Part shown: in pieces, positions 24,544-37,026 of the stretch
How positions within the stretch are numbered: position 1 is the first letter of the stretch
How the letters are laid out: every line of letters starts with the position of its first letter
Assembly (NCBI RefSeq): GCF_001194135.2
Contig: NC_068989.1
Span: 33,295,270 to 33,335,942, forward strand
DNA from: Octopus bimaculoides
Taxonomy: Eukaryota
Reading direction: 5' to 3'
Length of the DNA: 40,673 nt
Notes under the pieces: model-generated
Databases searched by the model: none
Seen by the model: only the letters and a program-made list of their open reading frames with translations
Told to the model about the DNA's origin: nothing
Translations under genes and position numbers: made by a program

Positions 24544-25241
24544 TCATCATCATCCTCATTATATAACATCCATCTTCCATGGTGGTATGATTAGACAAGT
24601 CAACAGGATCCAATAAGTTAGTCCTCTGACATCATTTCTATGGTTGGATGCCTTTTTAATGTCAACCACTTTACAGTCTGTAAGGGGTGCTTTTTATGGC
24701 ACTGGCATTAGTAAGGTCACCGAGTAACTTGCAAGACAAGATCTCTTAACTGAGTGGGATGTGTAGTATTGAGGGGGTGACATTGTGCCAGTTGTTTAGA
24801 GGCTAAAGTATGATAGAGGGACATGAACAGGTATCTTGATGTAGAGAAGATATATTGCTACTCCAGCTTTCATTTTTTGCTGATGTGAAGGGGGATTTCC
24901 TTGAGCATAGTGAATTGCCAGTCATCTCTGTGAGATTCAATAACCTGAGGTCAGTCTCCACTACTTTATCCTACATCTTTCTGGGTTTCCCTCTTCCACA
25001 AGTTCCCTCTACCTATAGCAGTTGGTACTTTATTCTGCTATCTTCATCTGTGCACATCACATGACCATGCCAGTATGGTCTTCCTCCTTGCACACTACAG
25101 CAGATGCCACTTATTTCGAATTTAACTCACAACACTTTTGCACTTTGTTGTAACATGTACACTGACATTTCACATCCAACAGAGCATGCTAGTTTCATTT
25201 CTTCCTAATCTTTGCATGTCCTCTACATTCTCAGCCCAAGT
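24544..25241 (-). mobile_element. Decayed RTE 3' fragment
   Basis: Minus strand reads TWAENVEDMQRL..NETSMLCWM and WHGHVM, plus 3' UTR and tail at 24544. Confidence 0.8.
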
Positions 25242-25930
25242 GAAACATGGCTGTGACTTCTGAGGACATGCGTAGGCTTGTAAGAACGGAAGCTAGTATG
25301 CTTTGCTGGATGTGTAATGTCAGTGTGCATGCATGACAGAGTGTAAGTGTCCTGAGAGAAAAGCTGGGCATAAGAGGCATCAGATTGTGGTGTGCAAGAG
25401 AGACGACTGCGTTGGTATAGTCATGTGATGCATTTGGATGAGGACAACTGTGTGAAGAAGTGTTGCACTCTAACAGTCAAGGAAACCTGTGGAAGAATTA
25501 GACCCAGGAAGACATGGGACAAGGTGGTGAAGCACAACCTTCAAATGTTGGGCCTTGTGGAGGCAATGACAAAACGTTGGACGGTATGCTGTGCTTGTGA
25601 AGACCTGCTGAGCCAAGTGAGATCATTGTTGTGGCCAATGCCAGTGCCGTCTGACTGGCACCTGTGCCAGTGGCCTGTAAAAAGCACTGCTCAAGCATTG
25701 GACCTCATGAAGGCAGTGACAGGTGACTGAGACCTTTGATGATGTACCATGCTTGTGTAGACCTGTCAAGCCAAGTGAGACTGTAGTCTTGACTGATGCT
25801 GGTGTCAGGTCAATGGCACCTGTACTGGTGGGACTTAAAAAACACCAACTACACTCTCGAAGTGGTTGGCATTAGGAAGGGCACCCAGCCATAGAAACCT
25901 TGCCAAATCAGATCAGAACCTAGTGCAGAT
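25239..25930 (+). mobile_element. RTE 3' fragment
   Basis: SETW..EDMRRL, QERRLRWYSHVM, GRIRPRKTWDKVV, then a 3' UTR like 3400-3815. Confidence 0.85.
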
Positions 25931-26265
25931 CCCCGTCAACTGCAATCGCTGACATGAATCACCATGATGATGCAGCTGCTATCTTTATTTTTTCTCATTT
26001 ACTGGCCATACTGGTATAGCAAAGACCAAAGATGAAAAAAATTTATTTTTTTTTGACTAATTAGAGATAAATCAGTATGTACATTCAATTGAATTGACTA
26101 CTGTACAGCAATGGTGATTTCCAGAAGAAAAGAAATGATATCTGTCTTTGGTTACTTTTTGACCCAGTACATGAATGTTTGAAATTAAAACATTTAATTT
26201 ATTTCCACTTTTCTTATTATACATTTTGCTAACATGAATTGTCTGAACCTACTGTCATTTTCCAG

Positions 26266-26345
26266 CCAATCCTTGATCAACCTTCTTCTCACTGGAAGAG
26301 CAGTTTCTAATGTTTGGGACCATGACAAAGAAATATCTGGATTAA
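26266..26345 (+). CDS. MINDY3: MINDY3 coding exon: QSLINLLLTGRAVSNVWDHDKEISGL(K)
   Basis: Acceptor cattttccag, donor A/gtaagt, phase 2 to 1. Confidence 0.96.
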
Positions 26346-27119
26346 GTAAGTCTTTTTCTTGGTTATTTCAGTTTGTTTTGTTGCTTTTGGTTTTTTTTTT
26401 CTTGTTATTTGAATTTATTATTTAAATATTGTCATTTAGTTACAGATTGAAATAGATTTATAATGATGCTTATATCCATTTTTAACAAATTTGAGTGTGT
26501 ATTCATAATAACTGAATAATTTTACTTTCTGTCACAACTTCATTGAGTTCTTAGCAACTTTTAGAAAATTAGAAATCAATATTTCTAATGTTTTTTCTAA
26601 ATTGGTTTATGTAAGAAAGCAAGGTACTTTTAGATATGACTGGGTTGAGGTTAATACGATTAATGTTCGTTTTGAATTGTAATTAATGGCTAGAAAGTAT
26701 TTCTGGGTAGAGAGTGAGTTCTGGAAGATGTAAGAGAGACTAGATGTAGGTGAGGGGGAGAGGGAAGGTAGATGTGCTGAATATTTAGCATACAGGCCAA
26801 TAATGCTATATTGCTCACAAATATTTTTGTAGTAGCAGTATCTACTTAAATTTGATTAGAAGTGCAATCAAAATTTTTAACTAAATTTTGTTTGGAGCTC
26901 AAATTACTAATAGGAATACAATATAAATATAGTAACTATGATTATGTAAAGCCTTACTAAAGTTATAACTTTTCAATTTGCTTTTAAGCATATCAAAATT
27001 TTTTAATTATTCCATCATCATGATCATCATATTTGTTATGATGCAGTTCTTATATAGTCCTTGTCAGTCTTTCTCATGCAAATCTATGGGTAGCTGATTG
27101 AATATCTGGATGCAATATA

Positions 27120-27635
27120 TTGGGTTGTTCAGAAAGTTCGGAGTGATTTTGACAGTTGTGTTTTTAAACATTTTATATAACTGTTGTAATATTGGTATGA
27201 GTGATATGTTGGCATCATTTGCAACATGGTAGCCTACCAGTTATGTCTCTCACCAAAAATTAGTATATCTTACTTTTACCAGCCTTTATCAAGTTTTAAA
27301 ATGGATATACAAATTTGCATGTTTTGGCATGTAATGTTTATCTTCTGTAAAACGAGTGAAAACATAGAAATGTGTTAAAACTGTTTGTTAAATGTTATGG
27401 TGAAAGTGGTGTAGATGAATAAACAGTTTAGAAACAGTTTCCAAAATTCAAATGTGAGAATTTCAGCCTAGAAGATGCAAGTCACTCTGAAAGACCTTCA
27501 GAGTTGGACGACGATCTTTTAAAGGTAAACATTGAAGTCAATACAAAAATCACAACTAGGGAGCTTGCAGAGATGTTGGAAGTTCTAAAAAGCACCATTC
27601 AGGAACACCTAATGAAACTTGGGTACATTAGTCTT
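27120..27635 (+). mobile_element. Mariner 5' fragment (TIR and HTH region)
   Basis: TA followed by TTGGGTTGTTCAGAAAGTTCG; remnant FSLED..ERPSELDDDLLKV..TTRELAEML..STIQEHL.KLGY. Confidence 0.8.
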
Positions 27636-27689
27636 CATAATGATACTACTCCACCTTCTCACACTACTGGATTAACTTGTGTGATATTT

Positions 27690-28750
27690 ATAAAGCTGTA
27701 GCAACTATTCCTAATGGATCTGCTGCTTTGTGGCCCTAACGTTGAGTTATGTCATTATATTGGCAACTGCATCAACTGATACCATCACTCACTTGATACC
27801 AGTTCATCTTTCGCCACTTTTGTAAACAATTTCTGCCTTTTATTGGAATTCATTTCTAATACCTTGCATATCTCTATCAATTCCTTACAGACCTGTTTAC
27901 ACCAACACCTTGTTTCTATCCCTTTGCTTTACATTCCAACTGAATCCCACTCCAACTTCAAATTTTGTTCCTATCCCCCACCAAATCCACCATCCTCTTC
28001 TCTCACTCCCTCCATTGTTTCTGGTCAAGTGCTCCTTTATCTCCAACCACACTCGACATGGAATTTTTGCCTCCTTCCACGCGTGATGCATTAGTTGTCA
28101 CTTTATATCCAAATCCACAATACTTCATTGCGCCAAGTCAACTGTCCATATTTCTAACTACTTTCATTGCATATCTGCTAATCTGATTTACTACATTGCA
28201 TATGATCACTGTAACACCTTGTATATAGGTAAGACAGGTTGTTGTATTTGTATGGTTGCTTCAGGTAAGATCTACAAGATATCCACAAAAAAAGTCACTG
28301 GCATTCTGAAACCTGTAGTTTGTCACTTGAACTTCCATAACCATTCCCTCCTCATCACCACTTTCCCATCTTTGGAATTCACTGAAACCTTGGTCTGAAG
28401 ACAACCTGTCAATTTGTAGGCTGTCAGTAATGTTCTCACCTCATGGGCATTTTTTTTTTTTTTTTTGTTTCTTTATAAATGTCTACATACCCATTTACTT
28501 GGCTTTCCCCACAACCCCTCTCACCACTCCTCTATCGAAATTGCTCTTATGACACTCCTCCTTCTTGTCAGCCTCTTATGCCAACCGTTTCTTACTTACT
28601 CTCCACTCCACCCATCACCTCACTCCTTACATCTCATTCACTGCAATTAACTCTTCACATTATCCATTTTGTGTCCTTACTATTTAACCTATCCACTCCT
28701 TTTTGTAGTTCCACCAGCCTTTAATTCCATTGAAGTTCCTTTGAAGCATG
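27690..28750 (+). mobile_element. Penelope-like element remnant (RT C-terminus and GIY-YIG endonuclease)
   Basis: YIPTESHS resembles YKPTDSHS; FHCISANLIYYI..HCNTLYIGKTG...KPVVCHLN (from 28162) matches the PLE GIY-YIG pattern. Confidence 0.7.
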
Positions 28751-29154
28751 AGATTTCTTTACTTTTAACTTAGAAATGGTTATGAAAAGGCAACTAAAGA
28801 GATGTTTATTTCTTTCAGTTGCTTTACTAACCATTTCTGGTTAAGATAATTTGTTAAATCTGTATCACAATTCTGTAGATTTTTTTTTTTTTTATCTGAA
28901 GTAATATCTGAGGTAATAAGCATAGAACTAAATGATTGAATAGGAATATTTATCTTTTTACAATATCTTGGTTTAATTTAATACTTGTCTTTTCCAATCT
29001 GTTGTAATTATATCCACAATTTAGTTTTGTTGGTTGATTAGAAAGTGTCAGTTCATAGCAAATCTGAAGTTGTGCTGTAGTTTATTGAGTAAACATTGTC
29101 TCTGTACATTGTTTTGGAACTTCCAAACTAAAGAAATATAAATATGTTTCAATA

Positions 29155-29346
29155 TTCTTTTACTTGTTTCAGTCATTTGACTGCGACCATGCTGGAGCAC
29201 CACCTTTAGTCACACAAATTGACCGCTTTGTAAGCCTAGTACTTACTTTATTGGTCTCTTTTGCCAAACAACTAAGTTATGGGGATGTAAACACACCAAT
29301 ATCGGTTGTCAAGTGATGGTAGGGGAACAAACACAGAAGCACAAAC

Positions 29347-29380
<34 letters not shown>

Positions 29381-29892
29381 GAGTGGTTGGCGTTAGGGAG
29401 GGCATCCAGCTGTAGAAACTCTGCCAAATTAGATTGGAGCCTGGTGTAGCCATCCGGTTCCACCAGTCCTCAGTCAAATCGTCCAACTCATGCTAGCATG
29501 GAAAGCGGACGTTAAACGACGATGATGATGATGATGATGATATATATNNNNNNNNNNNNNNNNNNNNNNNNNNNNNNNNNNNNNNNNNNNNNNNNNNNNN
29601 NNNNNNNNNNNNNNNNNNNNNNNNNNNNNNNNNNNNNNNNNNNNNNNNNNNNNNNNNNNNNNNNNNNNNNNNNNNNNNNNNNNNNNNNNNNACACACACA
29701 CACACACACACACACATACACACACACACACACGATGGGATTCTTTCAGTCTCCATCAACCAAATCCACTCCCAAGGCTTTGGTTGGCCCAAGGCTATAG
29801 TAGAAGACACTTGCCCAAGGTGCCACACAGTGGGACTGAACCCAGAACCATGTGGTTGGGAAGTAAGCTTCTTAGCATACAGCCATGCCTGT
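29155..29892 (-). mobile_element. tRNA-derived SINE carrying a nested RTE tail
   Basis: Minus-strand head with A-box-like TGGCTGTATGC and B-box GGTTCAGTCCC; core, microsatellite and tail present. Confidence 0.85.
29378..29541 (+). mobile_element. RTE 3' tail nested in the SINE's (TA)n
   Basis: Near-identical to 21908-22069; TA runs on both sides. Confidence 0.85.
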
Positions 29893-30212
29893 GGAATACG
29901 ATAACACTTTGAATTTATTTTTAAGAACTTTTTATGTCAATATGTGTGATGTGTTTTAAATAGAAGTCCTGCTTATTTCTATTGTATAGAGAAATTCATT
30001 TCCTTTTGTCAATGTTTATGAAAATAGGTGTTAAGTTTGAATTAAGGCTTCAGCTAAAGATATTCAGAATTAATATCAATTTCAAAATAGCAATATTTGC
30101 AGAATATCCACCCTGTGCAAGTACAGAAAATTAATGAAGTGGTAATTGAGTAATTTGTTATCTCCATACTCATTAGTAGATAATTGCCAAAAATGTATTA
30201 TTGTCCTTTCAG

Positions 30213-30283
30213 AAATGCGTGGTATCTATAAACAATCTTACATTGGGTTTTTGACCCTCCTTGAACACTTACGTTACTGTGAG
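30213..30283 (+). CDS. MINDY3: MINDY3 coding exon: MRGIYKQSYIGFLTLLEHLRYCE
   Basis: Acceptor gtcctttcag, donor GAG/gtgagt, phase 1 to 0. Confidence 0.96.
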
Positions 30284-30889
30284 GTGAGTAAACCTTTTCT
30301 CTACATTTATTGACTTTCATAAGAAATTCAGTTTTTGATATTTCTCAAGAAAGTTAATTTTTTTTTTCTGTTTGATGTTTTTGTGTTGCTATTTTTAATG
30401 GCAGAACATATCTCCCATATCTTCACTATAACTCCTATCCTTTGCTCTTATCCCTTATTGGTTGTGTGATGATGTCATGTAAATAAAATAATTACATTTT
30501 CATGGTTGAATAATTTGAGAGACGCTTTAGAGTTCTACTCTCCAAATTTACATGCCTTGCTAGCTGAACAGGTAGGCTTTTTCTGTCAGCTTAATATGGA
30601 GTTATATTCAACTGACTTAATATGTTGTGTTTTGTCAACCTGACATCAAGGTGTCTCCCCCACCCCTTAACATGCTAGTTCTACTTGCTCAGTGTGTTGC
30701 ATTCTGTGGTGTTTAAGTTTTGTCACTGAGCTTGTTTGCATAGCTGATATAAAATTTGTGCTTTTTAATTCTTTTAGCTGTATTTGTTTTGACTATATTA
30801 CACATTTTTTTATTCACACTATTGCTTATCACCTTTGCTTAATTTTGAAAATGTGAGTATTTGTCAATCGGAAATTTTTATTTCCACAG

Positions 30890-30970
30890 GTTGGATGGTT
30901 TCTGAAAAATCCCAAATGCCCAATTTGGCTACTTGCTAGTGAAACACATTTGACAGTGCTTTTTTCCAAG
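30890..30970 (+). CDS. MINDY3: MINDY3 coding exon: VGWFLKNPKCPIWLLASETHLTVLFSK; catalytic His codon at 30947-30949
   Basis: Acceptor tttccacag, donor AAG/gtgggt, phase 0 to 0; SETHLTV motif. Confidence 0.96.
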
Positions 30971-31029
30971 GTGGGTATTAAATCTACATAACATAATAAG
31001 TACTTACTTTATTGAAAGTAATGCAATCA

Positions 31030-31560
31030 CGTGTTTTAAAATGATGTTTGTATCTGACTATGAGATTGCAGTACATATGTATATATGTATGTGTGTTAGT
31101 TACTGTCTCCTTGCCTTGATGTTGTGTGATAGTTCTGAGTGTTGCCATCATGCAAGCAGTGTTTTTCATTTCCAATCTTCTGTGAAAACATATCTAGCTA
31201 TGACAAAATATTACCATACTTGAAAGCAAATGTGGGTTGATGACAGGAGTATCTGCCTGAACAAATTCCATGTGAGCATTGAAAAGTGGGAGATGAAATG
31301 ATGATACGAGTGTGTGTGTGTGTCCTTGCCTTGACATGGCACTATAGTTGAAAACAAGCTTCACCATCTTACAAGTGGTATTGTTTGTTTCCAATCTTCC
31401 ATGAAAACCCTTCTAGTTAGAGGAAATATTAACTTGCTTGGAAACAGGCAGAGGGTGACAAGAAGGGCATCTGGCCATAGGAGATCTACCTCTGAATTCC
31501 ATCTGACCCATACAAGATGGGAAAGTGGATGTTCAAATAGTGAGAATGATGATATGCATA
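31030..31560 (+). repeat. Two tandem diverged copies of a ~250-bp interspersed repeat
   Basis: Both units contain tccttgccttga..tccaatcttc.tg(t/a)aaac..aaatatta and end with aagtgg..gatga. Confidence 0.55.
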
Positions 31561-32105
31561 CATTACATACATTTTGTATGTATGTATGTATGTATGTATA
31601 AAATGATTTTTTTTTTTTACTAAGCGCAAGAAACAAATTTATAAGGACGAGATATGATTTCGTGTGATATGAATGCTGTTATCAAAGATATTAGAATATC
31701 AACTAGGAATTAAAGTATTCTTGTTCTACAATTCCTATCATGTAGCATTATATATTTTATTTAACTTATTGTTAAAAGTAGTGTTTATTTTGACAAGGTA
31801 CATTGTGTGGTTGTCAGTTGAAAGAGTGTTTGTGATTGATTTGATTTTATTATATGTTATTGGTATTTATTTTTATCAGCTCTTATCTAGTACATGTTTT
31901 CAAATAGCATTATATTGTTAGTGAAATAGACATTGAACAATGCTACAAGCAATTCATTCTATAGGAAGTTTTACAACTGCTTCAGTGTCTTTTTAAAGAG
32001 CAAACTACTTATTGTATACTTCATATTTTAAATTATCAAAATTATATACTTCTGAAAGTGCACGTAATAAAACATGCACATAACGAGAAATCATTTACAT
32101 ATGAT

Positions 32106-32460
32106 CTTTTATCTTTTACTTGTTTCAATCATTTGGCTGTGGCCATGCTGGGGCACTGCCTTGAAGAATTTTTAGTTGAATGAATTGACCCCAGTACTTC
32201 ATTTCTTTTCTTTTTTAAGCCTGCTACTTATTCTATTGGCCTTTTTGCTGAACTGCTAAGTTACGGGAATGTAAACACACCAACACTGGTTGTCAAGTAG
32301 TGGTGGGGAATAAACACATGTACAGACGCACACACATACACACGATGGGCTTCCTTCAGTTTCCACCTACCAAATCCACTCACAAGATGCTATGCAATGG
32401 GACTGAACCCAGAACCATGTGATCAGGAAGCAAGCTTCTTACCACACACCCAAGCACCTA
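32106..32460 (-). mobile_element. tRNA-derived SINE
   Basis: Homologous to 29155-29892, with an internal deletion. Confidence 0.8.
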
Positions 32461-33028
32461 TATATAAATATATTTTTTTGCACATGATAAATACAACTCT
32501 GTCATATTTACAAGTGTTAAATGAAATATTAAAATAGAATCAGTTGACTTTTTTTTTTGCTAGTTATCAAACTCATGTTCCAAAGAGTATTAGTGACCTT
32601 AAATGTAAAATGAATTTTCCAGTTAGTATTGAAACTGGGTTGCAAATTCAGTTTACTGAGTACCAAAGGATAAAATCCATATACAGACAAAAGTAGATCT
32701 TTAAAAAAATATGAAGTGAAATTAGTGTGGCAACTTTAAACTCATTTCTAGAATTTGCTGCAGAAAAAAAAAGACACTCTAAGTCCTTTAATAATGAGAT
32801 TGGCAAATTGCATCCAAGTTTTAATAGTTTTTACTTTGAATGGTGATAGTTGAATCAATACAGGAAAAGATCAATGTTGTGCATTAAACTGTAGCTCAGC
32901 TTGGGAATTGAAGCTTAGTCAATTTCAGTTAAATAATGGTTTAAATGTACTTAATTCATTGTAGGATCTTAAAACAACAGTGAATGTTATATATCTTTTT
33001 CCTTGCATTAACTCTCTTCTATTTTCAG

Positions 33029-33101
33029 GAGAAGGGAATAGTTTTTCCTGCTACTCAAGAAATGACAGCAAAACAGGTGTTTCAAAAATTTGATAATGAA
33101 G
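33029..33101 (+). CDS. MINDY3: MINDY3 coding exon: EKGIVFPATQEMTAKQVFQKFDNE(G)
   Basis: Acceptor attttcag, donor G/gtcagt, phase 0 to 1; start of the EF-hand-like insert. Confidence 0.93.
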
Positions 33102-33169
33102 GTCAGTTAAAAAAAAGCTATTAAAATTGTTTAGGTCAGCTTCACATAAAATAACTGTTTCTAGAAATA

Positions 33170-34010
33170 TTCAAGGTTATGTGTTTCTTTGGCAAATTTT
33201 CTTTTAGTGTCTAAAACTGGTAACCTTTTAGGAATGATTTAAATTTTGGAAGTAAAGAAGAATCAGTAGGGAGCCAAATCCAGAGAGTGGAGTGACTGAA
33301 GGACAAGAATCATCTTATCATGGATCGGGAGTGATGTGTTGTAGGGTAGCATCCAAATTTTGCTTGTCTGTTCTGCAAGTCTCTTCCATTGCTCTACTTA
33401 TCTCAAACATCTCAACATCCAAATAAAACTATTTATCATCTGACCATGTGGAACAAAGTCATGATGAAGTCAGCTTTCCAATAAAAAAAGACATCACCTT
33501 CACATTTGTGCTTTATTTGGTTGCAACAATGACAACCCAACTCACTGCAATGACTAACTTTTGTTTCAACATTATAGCCGCACACCCATACTTTGTCACT
33601 TGTTATGATACTAATCAGAAAATTTTCAATGGCATTCAAATGATCAAACAACAACTCTTTATTGACTCTGGCTTAGTTTTCTTTTTGTTTGTCAGTGACA
33701 CTCAGTGCAAATTTTGTTGTAACATGAAGCATCTTCCACTTTTCTTTTAAAATTCATCTGACATGAATTATGTTTACTTCTTATGAAACTTCACAAACAG
33801 GCAACAATTTTCATGATTACAACACACCTTTTTACAATGTAATCATTCTCCAATCATTCACAATTTGAAGTGCTGCTATTAATGTGAGATTGTATACAGC
33901 TTGTTATCTTTTTCCAGTGGTGTAACATTAGAAACATCTCTGTAAAAGGGTCCCCTGCCTCCTATTTGAGACAGAATTTCATACAAACACATTGTTCAAC
34001 TTGTAATAAA
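33170..34010 (-). mobile_element. Old mariner remnant
   Basis: Minus strand shows Q.VCMKFC, IITSDK.WV.GY..ETK and DLAP..F.L.PK motifs. Confidence 0.7.
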
Positions 34011-34198
34011 TCACTCAAGCATGTGCAGATTGATGACAACCCTATATGGTATGATGTGATTACTATTAGACTTCAAGGTCAGAGTTACTGTAAGAACAAG
34101 CAGTTTTAAAAGTTTGGTGTCTTTTTGATCTTAAGTATAGTAATGTTGCCAAAAGTATTTTGAGAGAAAAAAAAATTATTTTCCTTTTCTCTGTACAG

Positions 34199-34271
34199 GT
34201 AATGGTTTTATATCTACTTCTTCTCTGGGACAGCTTTTACAGGAATTAGATCTGGGTTCAGAAAAGGAATT
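34199..34271 (+). CDS. MINDY3: MINDY3 coding exon: NGFISTSSLGQLLQELDLGSEKE(F)
   Basis: Acceptor ttctctgtacag, donor TT/gtaagt, phase 1 to 2. Confidence 0.94.
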
Positions 34272-35023
34272 GTAAGTTATCCTTGTATTCATTGTTGTAT
34301 TTAGCATATTCAACAACAATCTCAATCTATCTTTTGCATGTCACTAATAATAGTATAGAAAATGATAAATAACTTAAATTTCTTTCTTTCTTCTCTTTCA
34401 TTATATTCACTTAGTACACACAGATATATTTTGAATTGCTATCTCAGAATTCCGAAACGCTTCATATTTTTATTTTCTTTAATAGAAAGAAATTAATCAA
34501 GCTAGCCTAAAAACAAATTTCATTAACAAAGATTGTTGTTAGCATTTATATTTGTTTTTAGATTATCTTGAATATTTTTTTTCTAACACATGAAGAGAAT
34601 GTTAAGTGTTTTGGTTTTGGAAAAGGTTAAGGTTTCTATAAATTTAAACCTTACTAAATTTCCAAAACTCTTAATATTTTTATTTTATATGTTAGAAAAA
34701 ATAATCAAGATAGCCTAAAAACAATTTAGTTAATGGTAATGATTTAGCAATTATAAGATTAAACTGCTAGACAACAGATCGTACAAGTTCATGAATTAAA
34801 ATCTTATTACAAACTCTTTCTTACCTCAATGCAATTAGCTTGTTAAATAAGTTTCATCCATGACTCAAAGTTGTGTGGATACTTGTAAGAGAAGTAAAAC
34901 CAATTGCATCAAAAGCATATAAACGTCTCAACATATAATGCTGTGGGTGTTAATATACCCATGGTGTTGTTAAAAATTGGGATGACCATCACACAATGTA
35001 TGAATTAATAAATTCTTTGTACA

Positions 35024-35335
35024 CATCATCATTATCATCGTCATTTAATATCTATTTTCTATGCTGGCATAGGTAGGATGGTTTGACAAGAGCTGGCAAG
35101 TCAGAAGACTGCAGTAAGCTCTGTTGTCTCTTTTGACATGGTTTTCTGGCAGGATGCCCTTCCTAACACTGACCATTTTACATAATGTACTGGGGACGTT
35201 TTATGTTGCACTAGCAGCAGTGAGGTCACCAAGTAATTTGCAGGACAAGATCCCTCAACAATAGGGAGTAGTATTGAGGGACAGAAAAGATGTCTTGTAT
35301 TAGAAGAGCTACATGGTTACCTCAGATGGAGAAAG
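35024..35335 (-). mobile_element. RTE 3' UTR/tail fragment
   Basis: Similar to 24544-24870 and 39482-39640. Confidence 0.7.
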
Positions 35336-36614
35336 AGAAAGAGAGTGGGGAGGAAAGAAAGATGATGAAGATGTGACAGAGAGGGGCCAGGGGCTTTACA
35401 CCCAAGTTACAGGGTGGTTTTCATAGTGAAGTATACTGGGGATTGGAGAGGGTGGGTAAGTTCACAAGACTTCAAAAGGAAAGTGGGAAGTAGAGGTGGG
35501 GGGTGATGTAGTGGGTGGGCACTGGTAAAGTGAGGGGTTATTAAGTGGATATGTTTTGGAAAAGAGATTGAACAGAGACATATTGTGTGCAGGTAGGTAT
35601 GTGAGGGCGATTGGAGGGGTGGAGAATACAATGGTAGTAAGTGTGGGTAGGTTGGGATATATATATATATCAATTTAAATAAGAGCTATAACGCGATCCA
35701 TCGTAAAAACTTTTTTAATGACCTATGTACATTTCAATGCAATATCCCGACTCACTCTTGTCTGAGATAAAAATTGGGATCTTGCATCTCTTCAGGGTCA
35801 AGTTTCATTAATTCATAGCAGACAGCAAATAACAGACAACATTAATAGTTGTCCTTAAATTATATGTGTATAAACAGGTTGTAATGACATGAAACATATT
35901 GAAACTGCATACAATATCAGTTAAGAAAACCGTTATATAGTAAAGTAAGTAAGTAAGTAGTGTTATTAACTTAGGATATTAACCTAGGATGTTAAGTAGC
36001 GACAAGCAATCAACGCTGTAATTTCAATAAAAACCGTTGGACTTTTGAAAGTAAATAAAATGAAGAGAGAAAATAATCTGTTATATATCATAATAGAATT
36101 ATAAATTAATGGTCAAAGAGAGGTAAATCTAGTAAATAATATTTCTGAATTATATAATCCACTCAAATGTGCATAATCATATCAAATAATTATATTTCAT
36201 TTTAAGTTTAGAATAGTAATTAAACTTGTTTTAAGGTTATGTAAACAAGATAATTTAGAAAATATAAATTATAAATAATAATAAATAAATTAAATTAGGT
36301 TACATTCAGATTGCAGTCATCAAAGTTTTTGAAAAAATATATATTAATTTAGCTTAGTAATGAGATTCAAATACAATATTAAAAATAATATTAAAAGAAG
36401 GAAAGGATTTAATCGATAAGGTAAAAAGTAAACAATTATTACGATGCAATCGGTACTATCTTACATATAAATATAAATGAAAGGGATTAGTTAAATCCAT
36501 ATAATGATACTATTTTACATGGTTTACGCTTATTCTTATAGAATCTGTTTCTATATGTACAATCATGAGTTTTGATAATAGTTATTTGATTTTTCATTTA
36601 TATTTATGTACCGT

Positions 36615-36739
36615 TGAGCAGTATATTACTGGTTATGGCATATAAGTGATCAGAATATTGCTGTCAGATTTGCACTGTAATATTCACAACTCCTGACATT
36701 CTGACCAGTTATGTACCACAATCAGTAATATACTGCTCA
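36615..36739. repeat. Inverted repeat with 42-bp arms (MITE-like)
   Basis: Arms 36615-36656 and 36698-36739 match at 36 of 42 positions. Confidence 0.8.
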
Positions 36740-36765
36740 GTAAGATTAAATACACACACACACAC

Positions 36766-36824
<59 letters not shown>

Positions 36825-37026
36825 CATACACATACACACATGCATACACTTATATGAACTTTGTATCCTGTTAGAATAACACAAAACAACTGTAGACCAG
36901 TTCATTCCCCACCCCATTAATATAATTTCTTTCTTTGTCAAATAATAAGATACATCTAATAAAGGGAAGTGCTATAAACTTCTTAAGTCTGTTGAAATAT
37001 ACTGCAAAGTTATCTTCATTGAGATC

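Noticed and set aside
35734-35850. Minus-strand exon-like segment (YELMKLDPEEMQDPNFYLRQ/gtgagt)
   Set aside because: There is an in-frame stop between the nearest acceptor and the segment, and no partner exons were found.
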